The notes beneath the pieces are model-generated. The model saw only the letters and a program-made list of their open reading frames with translations, searched no databases and was not told the origin of the DNA. Made by a program: the position numbers and the translations under genes. This document shows, piece after piece, positions 8,284 through 17,461 of a stretch of DNA of 64,000 bases; position 1 is the first letter of the stretch, and each line of letters starts with the position of its first letter. The DNA lies in the NCBI GenBank assembly GCA_040400605.1, contig JBBAPZ010000006.1, positions 9,385 to 73,384 of the forward strand, given 5' to 3'. The stretch comes from Candidatus Sericytochromatia bacterium. Lineage in GTDB: Bacteria > Cyanobacteriota > Sericytochromatia > S15B-MN24 > JAQBPE01.

Positions 8284-9624
8284 TCAAAAAGCGGGTACGC
8301 GAAGGGACTGTCCTGGCCAGATCCAATGTGGGTCCATGATGCTGTCGCGGTTGGCGTCGTACCAAGCACGCCAGTCCTGCCCAACGCCCCCCGATTTGAT
8401 CGCAATCACCCACAAACTGTCGCCTGAACGCACCACGTAACGCGTTCGTGCTGGCTCCAACTGTTGTGGAATCAGCAACACTTGACCCGGATAGATCCAA
8501 TTTGGATGGCTGATGCGCTGACGGTTGACGCGGTAGATTTCTTGCCAACGCGAGGCTGAGCCAAGGTAACGCCGGGCCAACAAACCGAGCGAATCCCCAA
8601 GGCGCACCCGATAACGCGTGAAACCTTCACTCGCCGGAGGAGCCGTGACAGGTTGGTCTGCACGTCGCGATCGAACGGTCGGAAGCTGCAACAACGTGCC
8701 GGGGCGCAAGAGCAACGGGTCAGGCACCACGGAACGATTCAATGCGTGAATGACCGCCCACGCCGAAGCAGAACCCAAATGGCGCTCAGCAATCCCTTTC
8801 AAGGTATCCCCCGGCTGACTACGATAGAAGCTTGGCTTGACCCGCCACCTCTTGCCAGGCATCAGCAATCGTTGACCGACCCGAATCACGTTCGGATCGC
8901 GTATTGTCTCCCGATTCAGGTTGTAAATTTCGGGCCACCGTTGATAACGCCCCAAGTGCCGCAAGGCGATCAGCGACAAACTCTCGCCACGTTGAACCAC
9001 ATGCGCGCTCTCTGGCGCACGGTCGTGCCGTCGAACCAATGCCTGGACCGGTTTACTCCGCCAATCGGCACCCACTGGTTCCCTTAAGCCAGAAAAAGCC
9101 GGCACGCTGGCAGGCAGGCTTTGTGGCGTAGCCAACGGTTCCTCCGCGGCTTCAGGCGTCAAAGGGGGAACCGTTGAAGGGGCGCTGGACGCCTCATCCC
9201 GCCCAAGCGTCGGCACAACGATAGCTGGCTCATTCGGGCTCGCAGCAAACGCCGGAACGGGCGACACAGGCTCAAACGAGGGTACCAAATCTTCACTGGG
9301 AGGCTGTAAACGCGCCCCCCCCGGCTTGAAACCAGCCGGCCGAAACATCAACGCGACGCTAACCGTGCCAATCGCCAGTGCTCCGAGCGTCCACCACAAC
9401 CAACGCCTTGGCGCTTCAACGCCGCGCCGGCCTGAACGCGACGACACCCGCTTCTCAGGATTGGGCGAACGAACCTTTTCAGCAACACCTGGGTCCACCT
9501 GTTGCAACAACTCTAACAGTTCGCCCCCGAGCGCTTCGCTTGGAAGACCCTCAGGCTTCGCAGACCACTGGCTGAGAATCGCAATCTCATCTGCGATATC
9601 GCCATTCGTTTGTTTTTCAGACAT
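8284..9624 (-). CDS. Membrane-anchored protein with four LysM domains
   Basis: TM segment WLWWTLGALAIGTVSVALMF, a Pro-rich linker, then four xxGD/ES/TLxxIA...W...N...DP..I.PGQ.L repeats. Confidence 0.9.
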   Translation of the reverse strand: MSEKQTNGDIADEIAILSQWSAKPEGLPSEALGGELLELLQQVDPGVAEKVRSPNPEKRVSSRSGRRGVEAPRRWLWWTLGALAIGTVSVALMFRPAGFKPGGARLQPPSEDLVPSFEPVSPVPAFAASPNEPAIVVPTLGRDEASSAPSTVPPLTPEAAEEPLATPQSLPASVPAFSGLREPVGADWRSKPVQALVRRHDRAPESAHVVQRGESLSLIALRHLGRYQRWPEIYNLNRETIRDPNVIRVGQRLLMPGKRWRVKPSFYRSQPGDTLKGIAERHLGSASAWAVIHALNRSVVPDPLLLRPGTLLQLPTVRSRRADQPVTAPPASEGFTRYRVRLGDSLGLLARRYLGSASRWQEIYRVNRQRISHPNWIYPGQVLLIPQQLEPARTRYVVRSGDSLWVIAIKSGGVGQDWRAWYDANRDSIMDPHWIWPGQSLRVPAF

Positions 9625-9700
9625 TAAAGGGTCTCTGTCCCACCACGCTCTGGCACCAACCCACAACACACTCAATCAAGCTTAGGACATAATACCACGC

Positions 9701-9730
9701 AAAAAAAACCCGGCCAAGCGACCGGGTTTC
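9701..9730 (-). terminator. Rho-independent terminator
   Basis: Minus strand reads GAAACCCGGTCGCTTGGCCGGGTTTTTTTT, just downstream of the small Cys-rich ORF. Confidence 0.8.
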
Positions 9731-9751
9731 AAAGTTTCAAGCCCAAATGGT

Positions 9752-9931
9752 TCAATGGGCGCGGAGATCCTGTCTGAACGCGTGCGGTTGCACCAATTTC
9801 ACACCGCGCAATTGGGTGACGATTGTCAAACAACTTGGGCAATAGTCACCACGCCCACTCGGCATCGCCACTGTAAAGGCGTCACATGTCGGACAACTGC
9901 AACTTGTCGTTGCACGTAAGCTACCGTTCAT
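9752..9931 (-). CDS. Small 59-aa zinc-ribbon (CPxC...CPxC) protein
   Basis: GGGGAGG RBS; translation MNGSLRATTSCSCPTCDAFTVAMPSGRGDYCPSCLTIVTQLRGVKLVQPHAFRQDLRAH. It has its own terminator and is not in the ORF track. Confidence 0.7.
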   Translation of the reverse strand: MNGSLRATTSCSCPTCDAFTVAMPSGRGDYCPSCLTIVTQLRGVKLVQPHAFRQDLRAH

Positions 9932-10186
9932 CAGTCAATCCTCCCCATCGAGAATGAATGCACGTGAAACGCTTGTGAAGGCTCTTGACGTATTCAACAC
10001 CGAAAACGCCCGATACGCACCCAACAAGGATGTTCATCACCAACAAAGCATAACATTATCTTAATCTTCGCGCAAGCATGACGCATCGATCAGAATAAAC
10101 AATTTGCGCGGTGCCAAGCGTCGACTACAATGAAGCAAACGGTGCGCAAAACGGACGATCGCTCACGTCCGGCTGGTTTGGTTTGC

Positions 10187-11902
10187 TTATTCAGTGATCA
10201 GGGATAACCGCCGGCGTCCTTGCACCAGTACGTCAAGAGAGCGTGTATTCACGATATCGGCTGGTGTCAAGCCGGCTTTGCGTGCCATCAAAACGCCATA
10301 ACGGGTATCCAGCAAGCCCTTTACGCGATGGGCGTCGGGATTGATGGCGATTCTGACGCCCAGTTCCTTGGCGCGTTTCAGATGTCGCCAGTCCAAATCA
10401 AGGCGATGGGGATTGGCATTGAGTTCGATGATTTTGCCGTGGGTCGCGGCTGCGCGCAAAACGGCTTCGATGTCGCACGCATAGCCTGCGCGGCTCAGCA
10501 GCAGTCGGCCCGTGGGGTGTCCCAAAATTGTGAGGTGCGGGTTGCTCAACGCTCGGATCAAGCGTTGGGTCGTACGATCGGCATCATCGCCAAAACGGGC
10601 GTGAATGGAGCCAATAACGAAGTCGAAACCAGCGAGGGTCTCGTCATCGTAATCCAGTGCGCCATCACCAAGAATGTCAGCCTCGATGCCAGCCAGAATT
10701 CGAAAAGGTGCCAAGGAGGCGTTGAGTCGGCTGATGGCTTGGCGCTGTTCGATGATTCGTTCCCGGCTCAAGCCTTGGGCGTAGGCTGCGGCCTCACTGT
10801 GGTCGGAGATGCCGACATATTGGTAACCCAATGCTTGGGCTGCTTGAACCATTTCTTCCAGCGAGGCATCGCCATCACTGTCGCGCGTGTGGACATGGAA
10901 TACGCCTTTTATGTCCTCATCACGCACCAACTGTGGCGGAGGTGCCTCCTGTAACTCACGCAGAACGGATACATCTTCACGTTGCTCAGGCGGAACCCAA
11001 TGCAGGCCCAGTATGTTGAAAAAATCAGCTTCTGACGGGGTGTCAACGGTGTTGACACCGTCGCTTAAGCCATTGGATGTCCAAGCCAGGCCACGTTGTG
11101 CGGCACGTGTCAAAAGGGCCTCACGCACCACGTCATTGCCGGTTTCCCAACACACGACCGCGCCGAAGTGACGTTCGGATACCAGTCGCAGCGTGTGGGG
11201 CAATCCATCGAACCAAGTAACGCGCCCACCGTGGGGTTCCGCTGCATATGAGCATGACGGCAATGTCGGGAGACTGGGCTCTTGTCCGTCCGGGTAGGCG
11301 GCAACCCAACTGAGGCTTGCAAGGACTTCCATGCACCGTGCCAGTTCCCCAGTGGGGCAGACTCCGATGATACCCGGCCAACTGGCGATATCTGCCGTTT
11401 GATTTTGGGCACGTTCCCAGATGTCGGCGAGCAGCTTTTGATGCGCGTGTTGTTTCAGAAAGGCGATCGCAAGCTGTATCTTGGCTTGGGTTTTGGCACC
11501 GAATCCGGGCAACTGGGCCAAACGGTTCTCCATGCACGCATATTCCAGTTCCCCCAAACTTTGAACCCCAAGACCGTGCCGAATCGCCCTGACTTTGTTT
11601 GGCCCGAGACCAGGTACACGAAGGAGCGCGCGCAATCCCTCCGGGGTCTGTTGGTCGAGCAGGTCGTATCCTGACAGTTTGCCTTTTGCCAGGTATTCTC
11701 GCAATTCAGCCAGTATGCCGCTGCCGACGCCTGCCACTTTGAATGGTTGACCGAGTCTGGCAAAGTCAAACCACTCGATGTCACTCTGGCGAAGCTGACG
11801 AGCCGCCGCTTGATATGCCTTGACGCGAAAAGGGTTCTCGCCGTGCAAAGCCATCAAGATGGCATAATCGTCCAGCAGGTCGACGAATTCACCCCGATCC
11901 AT
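10187..11902 (-). CDS. polX: PolX family DNA polymerase/3'-5' exonuclease with PHP domain (polymerase site degenerate)
   Basis: GENPFRVKAY and the HhH motifs GLGP and GFGAKT. PHP motifs FHVHT..SDG, SDHS, GIEADI, GSIH, GHPTGR and DAH. Confidence 0.9.
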   Translation of the reverse strand: MDRGEFVDLLDDYAILMALHGENPFRVKAYQAAARQLRQSDIEWFDFARLGQPFKVAGVGSGILAELREYLAKGKLSGYDLLDQQTPEGLRALLRVPGLGPNKVRAIRHGLGVQSLGELEYACMENRLAQLPGFGAKTQAKIQLAIAFLKQHAHQKLLADIWERAQNQTADIASWPGIIGVCPTGELARCMEVLASLSWVAAYPDGQEPSLPTLPSCSYAAEPHGGRVTWFDGLPHTLRLVSERHFGAVVCWETGNDVVREALLTRAAQRGLAWTSNGLSDGVNTVDTPSEADFFNILGLHWVPPEQREDVSVLRELQEAPPPQLVRDEDIKGVFHVHTRDSDGDASLEEMVQAAQALGYQYVGISDHSEAAAYAQGLSRERIIEQRQAISRLNASLAPFRILAGIEADILGDGALDYDDETLAGFDFVIGSIHARFGDDADRTTQRLIRALSNPHLTILGHPTGRLLLSRAGYACDIEAVLRAAATHGKIIELNANPHRLDLDWRHLKRAKELGVRIAINPDAHRVKGLLDTRYGVLMARKAGLTPADIVNTRSLDVLVQGRRRLSLITE

Positions 11903-12007
11903 CGCAACTCCTTTGATTGATTGATCGCCACACCAGGCATCATGCCGGAAGAAAACACCCTAAAGCAAGGGGCTCTCGTGTAACCACCAATTGACGTTCT
12001 GCCCTTT

Positions 12008-13456
12008 TTAACGCGGTCCCCTCAAAGGACCGGTTCCACCGCGCGCTGCACCGGTCTCGCCCGCGCGTTGCGGTGTGTTTGAGGGCAGGGGTTTGGAAGG
12101 GGTGCGCGCCGGCGGATTCGCGCTTTGCACGTTGTTGTTGCGGGCAATTGGCCGCTGCTCAGATGTGCCCGTTTCTGCGCGAAGCACCGATTGTGGTGGA
12201 ACTGGGGGCACGACTGGTTCCGGTTCAGGTGCCTCGGGGGGCGCCTCCAGCTGCGCGAGTGCTTCACGCTCCGCCCGCTCCCGGGCCTCGACCGCTTCTT
12301 TGCGAGCACGCAAAATCGCATCCGCAGATTCCTTGAAGTTGCGCATCTCGGCGCGCAGCAGCATCGCCATGCCCTGTTTGTCTTCCGCGGTTGACATGCA
12401 AGTGGCGTATTCAATCAACCCCGAGCGGTACAGGGTCAAGAGTGCCTGATTGGTGCTTTGCATGCCATCATAGCCGCCATTCTTGATTAACTCGTAGAGT
12501 TGATCCAATTGCCCTTTGATGATCAAGTCGCGCACGGCTGGCGTGTTCACCATGATATCCAAAATTGGTAAACGCCCTTTGCCATCCGAACGCGGCACGA
12601 GGCGCTGTGCGATACAACAACGCAGGGTGTTGGCAATCGATTTGCGGATTGTCTCTTGCTCACTCGGTGGAAACGCATTCACCAAGCGGCTGATTGTCTG
12701 AACTGAATCATTGGTGTGCAAGGTCGATAACACCAAATGCCCCGTTTCAGCGCCTTTGATGGCAAGCTCTATGGTTTCGCGATCCCGCAACTCACCAATC
12801 AGAATCACGTTTGGCGCTTGACGCAACGCGGACTTGAGCGCCCGCGCAAACGAATTGGTGTCTTTGCCAACCTCGCGTTGACTGATGATACAATTTTTGT
12901 GCGGATGCACCAATTCGATCGGGTCTTCGATGCTGACCAGATGTCCGTGAATGGTTTCATTGATAAAGTTGATTACCGCTCCCAGTGTGGTGGACTTGCC
13001 TGATCCCGTCGGGCCTGTTACCAACACAAGGCCCTGCTTCTCCAACGCAATTTTTTTCAAAACCGGCGGTAATCCAAGTTCATCCGCCGAACGAATATCA
13101 TTCTGGATAATGCGCAAAACCGCACCCACGGTCCCGAGATTCATAAAAATGTTGGCACGAAACCGCGCGAGGCCCGGTACATCGAACGCACAATCCACCT
13201 CTTTGTCGACCTTGAATTGTTCTACCTGTGCACTGGGCAGCATGGCGAAAAGCATCTGCGGGATGATGCGCGGATCCAAAACATGACGCTCATAACCTGG
13301 AACAACCCTCACCTGGCCATCAATCACCGCTTTAGGGGGCAAATACGCCTTGAGGTGAATGTCCGCGGCCTGGTGCGCATAAGCAGCCTGTAAAATACCG
13401 AGCAGCGGGTTATTCGATGCGGGGGGCACATTTGGCGCGGTTTGAATGACAGTCAT
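12008..13456 (-). CDS. pilT: PilT/PilU type IV pilus retraction ATPase with Pro-rich C-terminal tail
   Basis: Motifs ADIHL, RFRANIF, GPTGSGKST, EDPIE, SALRQAPNVILIGELRD, ETGHLVLSTLHT and AVRDLI. Confidence 0.85.
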   Translation of the reverse strand: MTVIQTAPNVPPASNNPLLGILQAAYAHQAADIHLKAYLPPKAVIDGQVRVVPGYERHVLDPRIIPQMLFAMLPSAQVEQFKVDKEVDCAFDVPGLARFRANIFMNLGTVGAVLRIIQNDIRSADELGLPPVLKKIALEKQGLVLVTGPTGSGKSTTLGAVINFINETIHGHLVSIEDPIELVHPHKNCIISQREVGKDTNSFARALKSALRQAPNVILIGELRDRETIELAIKGAETGHLVLSTLHTNDSVQTISRLVNAFPPSEQETIRKSIANTLRCCIAQRLVPRSDGKGRLPILDIMVNTPAVRDLIIKGQLDQLYELIKNGGYDGMQSTNQALLTLYRSGLIEYATCMSTAEDKQGMAMLLRAEMRNFKESADAILRARKEAVEARERAEREALAQLEAPPEAPEPEPVVPPVPPQSVLRAETGTSEQRPIARNNNVQSANPPARTPSKPLPSNTPQRAGETGAARGGTGPLRGPR

Positions 13457-13481
13457 TACAATTGCCTTCCGGTCATCATCA

Positions 13482-13994
13482 CTACTGGCCCAAATCCTCT
13501 CGTACAGCCTCCGGAAGCGCCAAGCCCGCAAGTACGGTCGTGAGTTTCCTGACATCCAGATGATGCTCGTCATAACCGATGAGCGTTTCACTCACGTTCA
13601 AAATCGGCTCACGGTAGAAAGTTGCACCATGCGCCAAAAACTCGTGCATCAAACGCACACGAAACAACCCGCGCTTCATTGTGATCGGATTCGAGATCTC
13701 GTAATACGCTCCCCGGACCTCGGCCGCACAAGTCTGACATTTGTAAAAAACCTGAGGATACGTGACGGCATAATACGGGGTTTTCTCTTCGATGACCCGA
13801 CTCAACGCCAACTGCTGGGCATCCGCATAAGCTGCACGCATCTCTTCCGCATTGTTGTAATCAAAGCCACCTTCTGAATCCATGGCCACTGACAACTGCT
13901 CCAAGAGCCTGTCTGACAACTGGGGCATCGCCTGAAGGTATGCACGTAAGGCTTCCACAATGAAACGCTCCTCATCTGGAACTCTCGCCTGCAA
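13482..13994 (-). CDS. Hypothetical protein (CxxC and His residues, possible metal site)
   Basis: 170-aa ORF co-oriented with pilT and 25 bp upstream of it; contains CQTC and HEFLAHG. Confidence 0.6.
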   Translation of the reverse strand: MQARVPDEERFIVEALRAYLQAMPQLSDRLLEQLSVAMDSEGGFDYNNAEEMRAAYADAQQLALSRVIEEKTPYYAVTYPQVFYKCQTCAAEVRGAYYEISNPITMKRGLFRVRLMHEFLAHGATFYREPILNVSETLIGYDEHHLDVRKLTTVLAGLALPEAVREDLGQ

Positions 13995-14241
13995 TCTTGG
14001 TGACTTATACCCCGAAATGCGTCATTCTAACCGTTAGAACCCCATTGAATTCATCCGTTTCGCGGAACACGCAATAACCATACGCACAGCTGACACGATC
14101 GCTTTCGCGCGCCAAGACAGGCCCTGTTTTACACAAACAGTTAACACACAATCAGCGGAACTGCCAAAAATCCTCAGGCGTGCCCTGAGTCAACCCCAAA
14201 TCGGACGTTGACCCAGCCACGCTTGCCAGGTTCTGAAAACC

Positions 14242-15243
14242 TTAGTCCTTCAGGCGAGCCAAAAGCTTTTCTCTCACCTCAAACGCGCGGCGCATCTGGC
14301 TGCGAACTTCCGCTGGATTTCGGGATTTTTGCAACAACTGTCCTTGGGCCCACGCTTCTTGCCGAATCAACTGAAACGTCAGTTTGGCGGAGTTGCCTTC
14401 TCCAAGCAAACGGTCAAGGCCTCGTCCGAACGCAAACCCCTCGAGCAGCGGGTCACAGGAGTGTTGGTACCGTTCCTTCATGCTACGGGCGATTTCGGGA
14501 TTGGCGAGATATAATGCGGCGCCCAGTTCAACGTACTCCTCTCGGAAACTCGACGGCGCCTTGATGGCCGCCAGCGTTTCCGCCAAGTCCAGCGACAGAT
14601 GGGCATTGAAACCCATCCCCAAGGTACGCTGGGTGGGTTTGGCATTCTCCTTGGCGACTTGGTAATAAGACGCCCAAACGTCGCCGGGGTGCTTTCCAGT
14701 GACATGTGCGTGCAACGGCGCCAAAAATCGCCTGCCAAAATCAACCATCAATGCAGCGGTCATCTGAGGATGCTTGAGCTTGCCGCTCTCCAGGGCTTCC
14801 CACGCTTGCCTGCTGACTGCCACATAAGCCAGTGGAAACATACCAGCGGGGTCCTTCTGAGCAGACATACGTTGTGCGATCACATCCAGGTTACGATAAA
14901 GATCCAACGGCGTCTGAACCCGTTCCGGGTCACTCAACTCCGCCAACGATGCGCCCGCTGCACCGCCTGCCCTCGCGACGCCATCTCCCACTGCGTCGAG
15001 CGGCCTGCCAAGGCCATTCCCACAGCCGGCGACCATCACACCGCACAACATAAACCCCGACATTGCTCGCTGCCCAGACGACACCCAACGCCCAACATGC
15101 CGCGACAAGCCTTTATGATGCAGCACCCGGTATCCGCACAAACCCAACAGACACCCCCCACTCACAACCAAACGAATCCGCACGCCAAATATTTCTTTCA
15201 CCCTAGCTAGTGTATCTGGCCGGTGCGATTCCTTCATGCGCAA
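14242..15243 (-). CDS. DUF5995-like protein, probable lipoprotein (start uncertain, possibly 15084 or 15063)
   Basis: Pattern F..AY..V, F...F, W..Y and GFNAHLSLDL; lipobox VAGC. Confidence 0.65.
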   Translation of the reverse strand: MRMKESHRPDTLARVKEIFGVRIRLVVSGGCLLGLCGYRVLHHKGLSRHVGRWVSSGQRAMSGFMLCGVMVAGCGNGLGRPLDAVGDGVARAGGAAGASLAELSDPERVQTPLDLYRNLDVIAQRMSAQKDPAGMFPLAYVAVSRQAWEALESGKLKHPQMTAALMVDFGRRFLAPLHAHVTGKHPGDVWASYYQVAKENAKPTQRTLGMGFNAHLSLDLAETLAAIKAPSSFREEYVELGAALYLANPEIARSMKERYQHSCDPLLEGFAFGRGLDRLLGEGNSAKLTFQLIRQEAWAQGQLLQKSRNPAEVRSQMRRAFEVREKLLARLKD

Positions 15244-15255
15244 ACCGTGAAAATG

Positions 15256-15282
15256 TTAAACAAAATTTAATCCAGGATTAAA
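15256..15282. promoter_or_regulatory. Putative transcription factor site: three TTAA at 11-bp period plus palindrome TTTAATCCAGGATTAAA
   Basis: TTAA at 15256, 15267 and 15278 in an AT-rich gap between divergent genes. Confidence 0.5.
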
Positions 15283-15402
15283 CCCTACATTACCAATTGG
15301 CGCGTCAGTTGGGTGGTTCAGGTAGCGATAAGCGGAATGTGACGGCCAATTGAGTTGGTTCCAGCGGTCTGCTAGTTGAGAATACGAGGAGTGCAAGAGT
15401 TT

Positions 15403-15825
15403 ATGAGTTTGATCGATCGCCATTCGACGCCCCAGAACATGGCCTGTTTGGCGCCGACGCGGTACGACCAGGGTTTGATGGTGTCGGCAGCCAACGATAA
15501 AGCATTGTCGCCTGAAACCTCAATGGCGCTCAGCCAACGCTACGGTGCGGGAATCATCAGCCAGGATGCCTTTCAGAAAGTGATTGCCGTGGGACGCCAG
15601 AAGGGGTCTGCTTACGTGGACAAGTTGTACCGCCAAGGAGGCGTTGCTGCTTTTGAGAAATCGGGGGACTTCGCAGCGGTGGACAAGGCTGTTGAGGAAG
15701 GCAGGGTAAAAGCAAGCGAGCAGGCCGTCGGTGAGAGTGATTATGGGGGTCGGATCGTCGCGTTATTCAACGCCATCTTTGGAAAACCGACTGAAAAAAC
15801 GGGATGTGAGCCCTTGGGTTACTAA
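15403..15825 (+). CDS. Hypothetical protein
   Basis: 140-aa ORF preceded by GAGGAG/AAGAG purine-rich tracts. No recognised motif. Confidence 0.55.
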   Translation: MSLIDRHSTPQNMACLAPTRYDQGLMVSAANDKALSPETSMALSQRYGAGIISQDAFQKVIAVGRQKGSAYVDKLYRQGGVAAFEKSGDFAAVDKAVEEGRVKASEQAVGESDYGGRIVALFNAIFGKPTEKTGCEPLGY

Positions 15826-16132
15826 CTGGTTGGGTCAGAACCAACCAAGAGAATCTGACAGCAGGTGTGGTCACTCTCCTGATAAAGCGGGTGACCTATT
15901 TCGATTAGATGTCCACCTTTATAAAGAAACGCGTTGATTGGTGATCAAATTTTGGTTGTTGTTCATAAAAAGCGAGTCAGCGCTTGATGTTTTAAGTTTT
16001 TCGCTTAAGCTTTGAACAAAAACCGATGCGTCGCTGTATAACCTTTGCTGCCTGGTCAGTGCTTACAAGCAGGACCGAGGTCTGCGGTATCGTGACTTGC
16101 TCTGTCTCGTGCCTGGTTACGGTGGTTTGGTA

Positions 16133-17461
16133 TCAGGTTGTACCCAACGTGTGGTCGAGGGTGCGGAGCAGTTTGCCGGTGGTTGGGTGTCGAGGCAGGG
16201 CGCCTGGCTCGACGCACTCGATAAGCAAGGGTGCGACATACCCGTGGTCGATCAGACGTTTCAAATCCGGTTTCGCCGTTTCAATCGCGTGTCGAATCTG
16301 TGCAGTGCGGGCGTGACCGTGATCCGGTGCTGGTTTTTCGGTCAGTTCAATCCGTAGGGTTAACTGATCAACCATATCCGCGCGACTTTTGACCAGTTGC
16401 AGATGGGCATGGCGATCGGGTAATGCTTGTAATGCAGCGGTGATCTCAGCATGGCTAACCACGGCATAGCCAATGCGCAGGCTGTCTGAACCCCGACCCA
16501 ATAACTCAAAGACCGGAGAACTTCGCCCACAAGGGCAATCCTCTGCTTGCCAGCGCCCCAAATCCCCAACGACGTAGCGAATGACGGGCTGCCAAAACCG
16601 TTCGAAATTCGTCACCACCAAGAGCCCGGTTTCACCAGGCGCACACGCCGCGAGCGTTTCAGGATTGATGATCTCAAGATGACAATGGCCAGTGAGCACG
16701 TGATGGTGGCCGCCTTCGGTGAAAGGACACTGGTATCCGATCAAGCCTGCGTCAACGGCTGCATAACCCGCGGAATGAATGGTGTCAGCATTCAACATCG
16801 CCTTGAGATGCGCTTTCTCGGCGGCGTAAAGATGCTCTCCCGCGTAGAAAACTTTTTGAACAGGGATTTTCTGTTTTGCCAGGGTGTCCGCGATGGTGAG
16901 CAACCACGTCGGAAAACCCAACAAGACGTTCAGGTTGAATTGTTTGATGTGCCACGCGACGAGTTCCGGATCACTGGTTTGGCTGAAAGGAAAAATCAGG
17001 CAGTCGAGTTCCTCTAGCAGGCGATTGACGAAAAGGAACGACGCATAAAGGTTTCCGCTTGCAAACAGGTTTGCAACCCGGTCAAAGGGGGCTAGCCCCG
17101 CTGCAAGGTACACGCGTTTGAAAGCTGCGATGGCGGTCTGAAACTCCGTATGGCTGAAAAGCGAGAAATTGGGTTCTCCGGTCGTGCCGCCGGTGCGAAA
17201 GACATAACCGGATGCCATTGGTGCACATAAAGCGCGCTCTCCATAGGGCGGGGAGTGCGGCATCCACTCAGCCTTGTGCAACAGTGGAAGTGTTTCAAGT
17301 TCGCAAAGCCCGCCCGTGGGTTCGCGCAGAAAGCGCCCACGGTGCAAAGGGGCTTGACGGTAGACGTGCAGCAGCAGGGTTTTAAGCCGTTCATCCGCCA
17401 AACATTGGCGTTCGGCAAGCGACAAGGAATCCAAGGGATCGATCATCACACCGGCCATCAT
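16133..17461 (-). CDS. Phenylacetate-CoA ligase-like (ANL superfamily) adenylating enzyme
   Basis: Motifs TGGTTGEP (P-loop), YAGE, GYAAVD, LVVTN...PVIRY.VGDLG, CPCGR, LLGR and TGKL. Confidence 0.85.
   Translation of the reverse strand: MMAGVMIDPLDSLSLAERQCLADERLKTLLLHVYRQAPLHRGRFLREPTGGLCELETLPLLHKAEWMPHSPPYGERALCAPMASGYVFRTGGTTGEPNFSLFSHTEFQTAIAAFKRVYLAAGLAPFDRVANLFASGNLYASFLFVNRLLEELDCLIFPFSQTSDPELVAWHIKQFNLNVLLGFPTWLLTIADTLAKQKIPVQKVFYAGEHLYAAEKAHLKAMLNADTIHSAGYAAVDAGLIGYQCPFTEGGHHHVLTGHCHLEIINPETLAACAPGETGLLVVTNFERFWQPVIRYVVGDLGRWQAEDCPCGRSSPVFELLGRGSDSLRIGYAVVSHAEITAALQALPDRHAHLQLVKSRADMVDQLTLRIELTEKPAPDHGHARTAQIRHAIETAKPDLKRLIDHGYVAPLLIECVEPGALPRHPTTGKLLRTLDHTLGTT

Noticed and set aside
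15992..16008. Additional TTAA pair as a member of the N7 motif set
   Set aside because: The spacing is N9, and the site lies between convergent genes.
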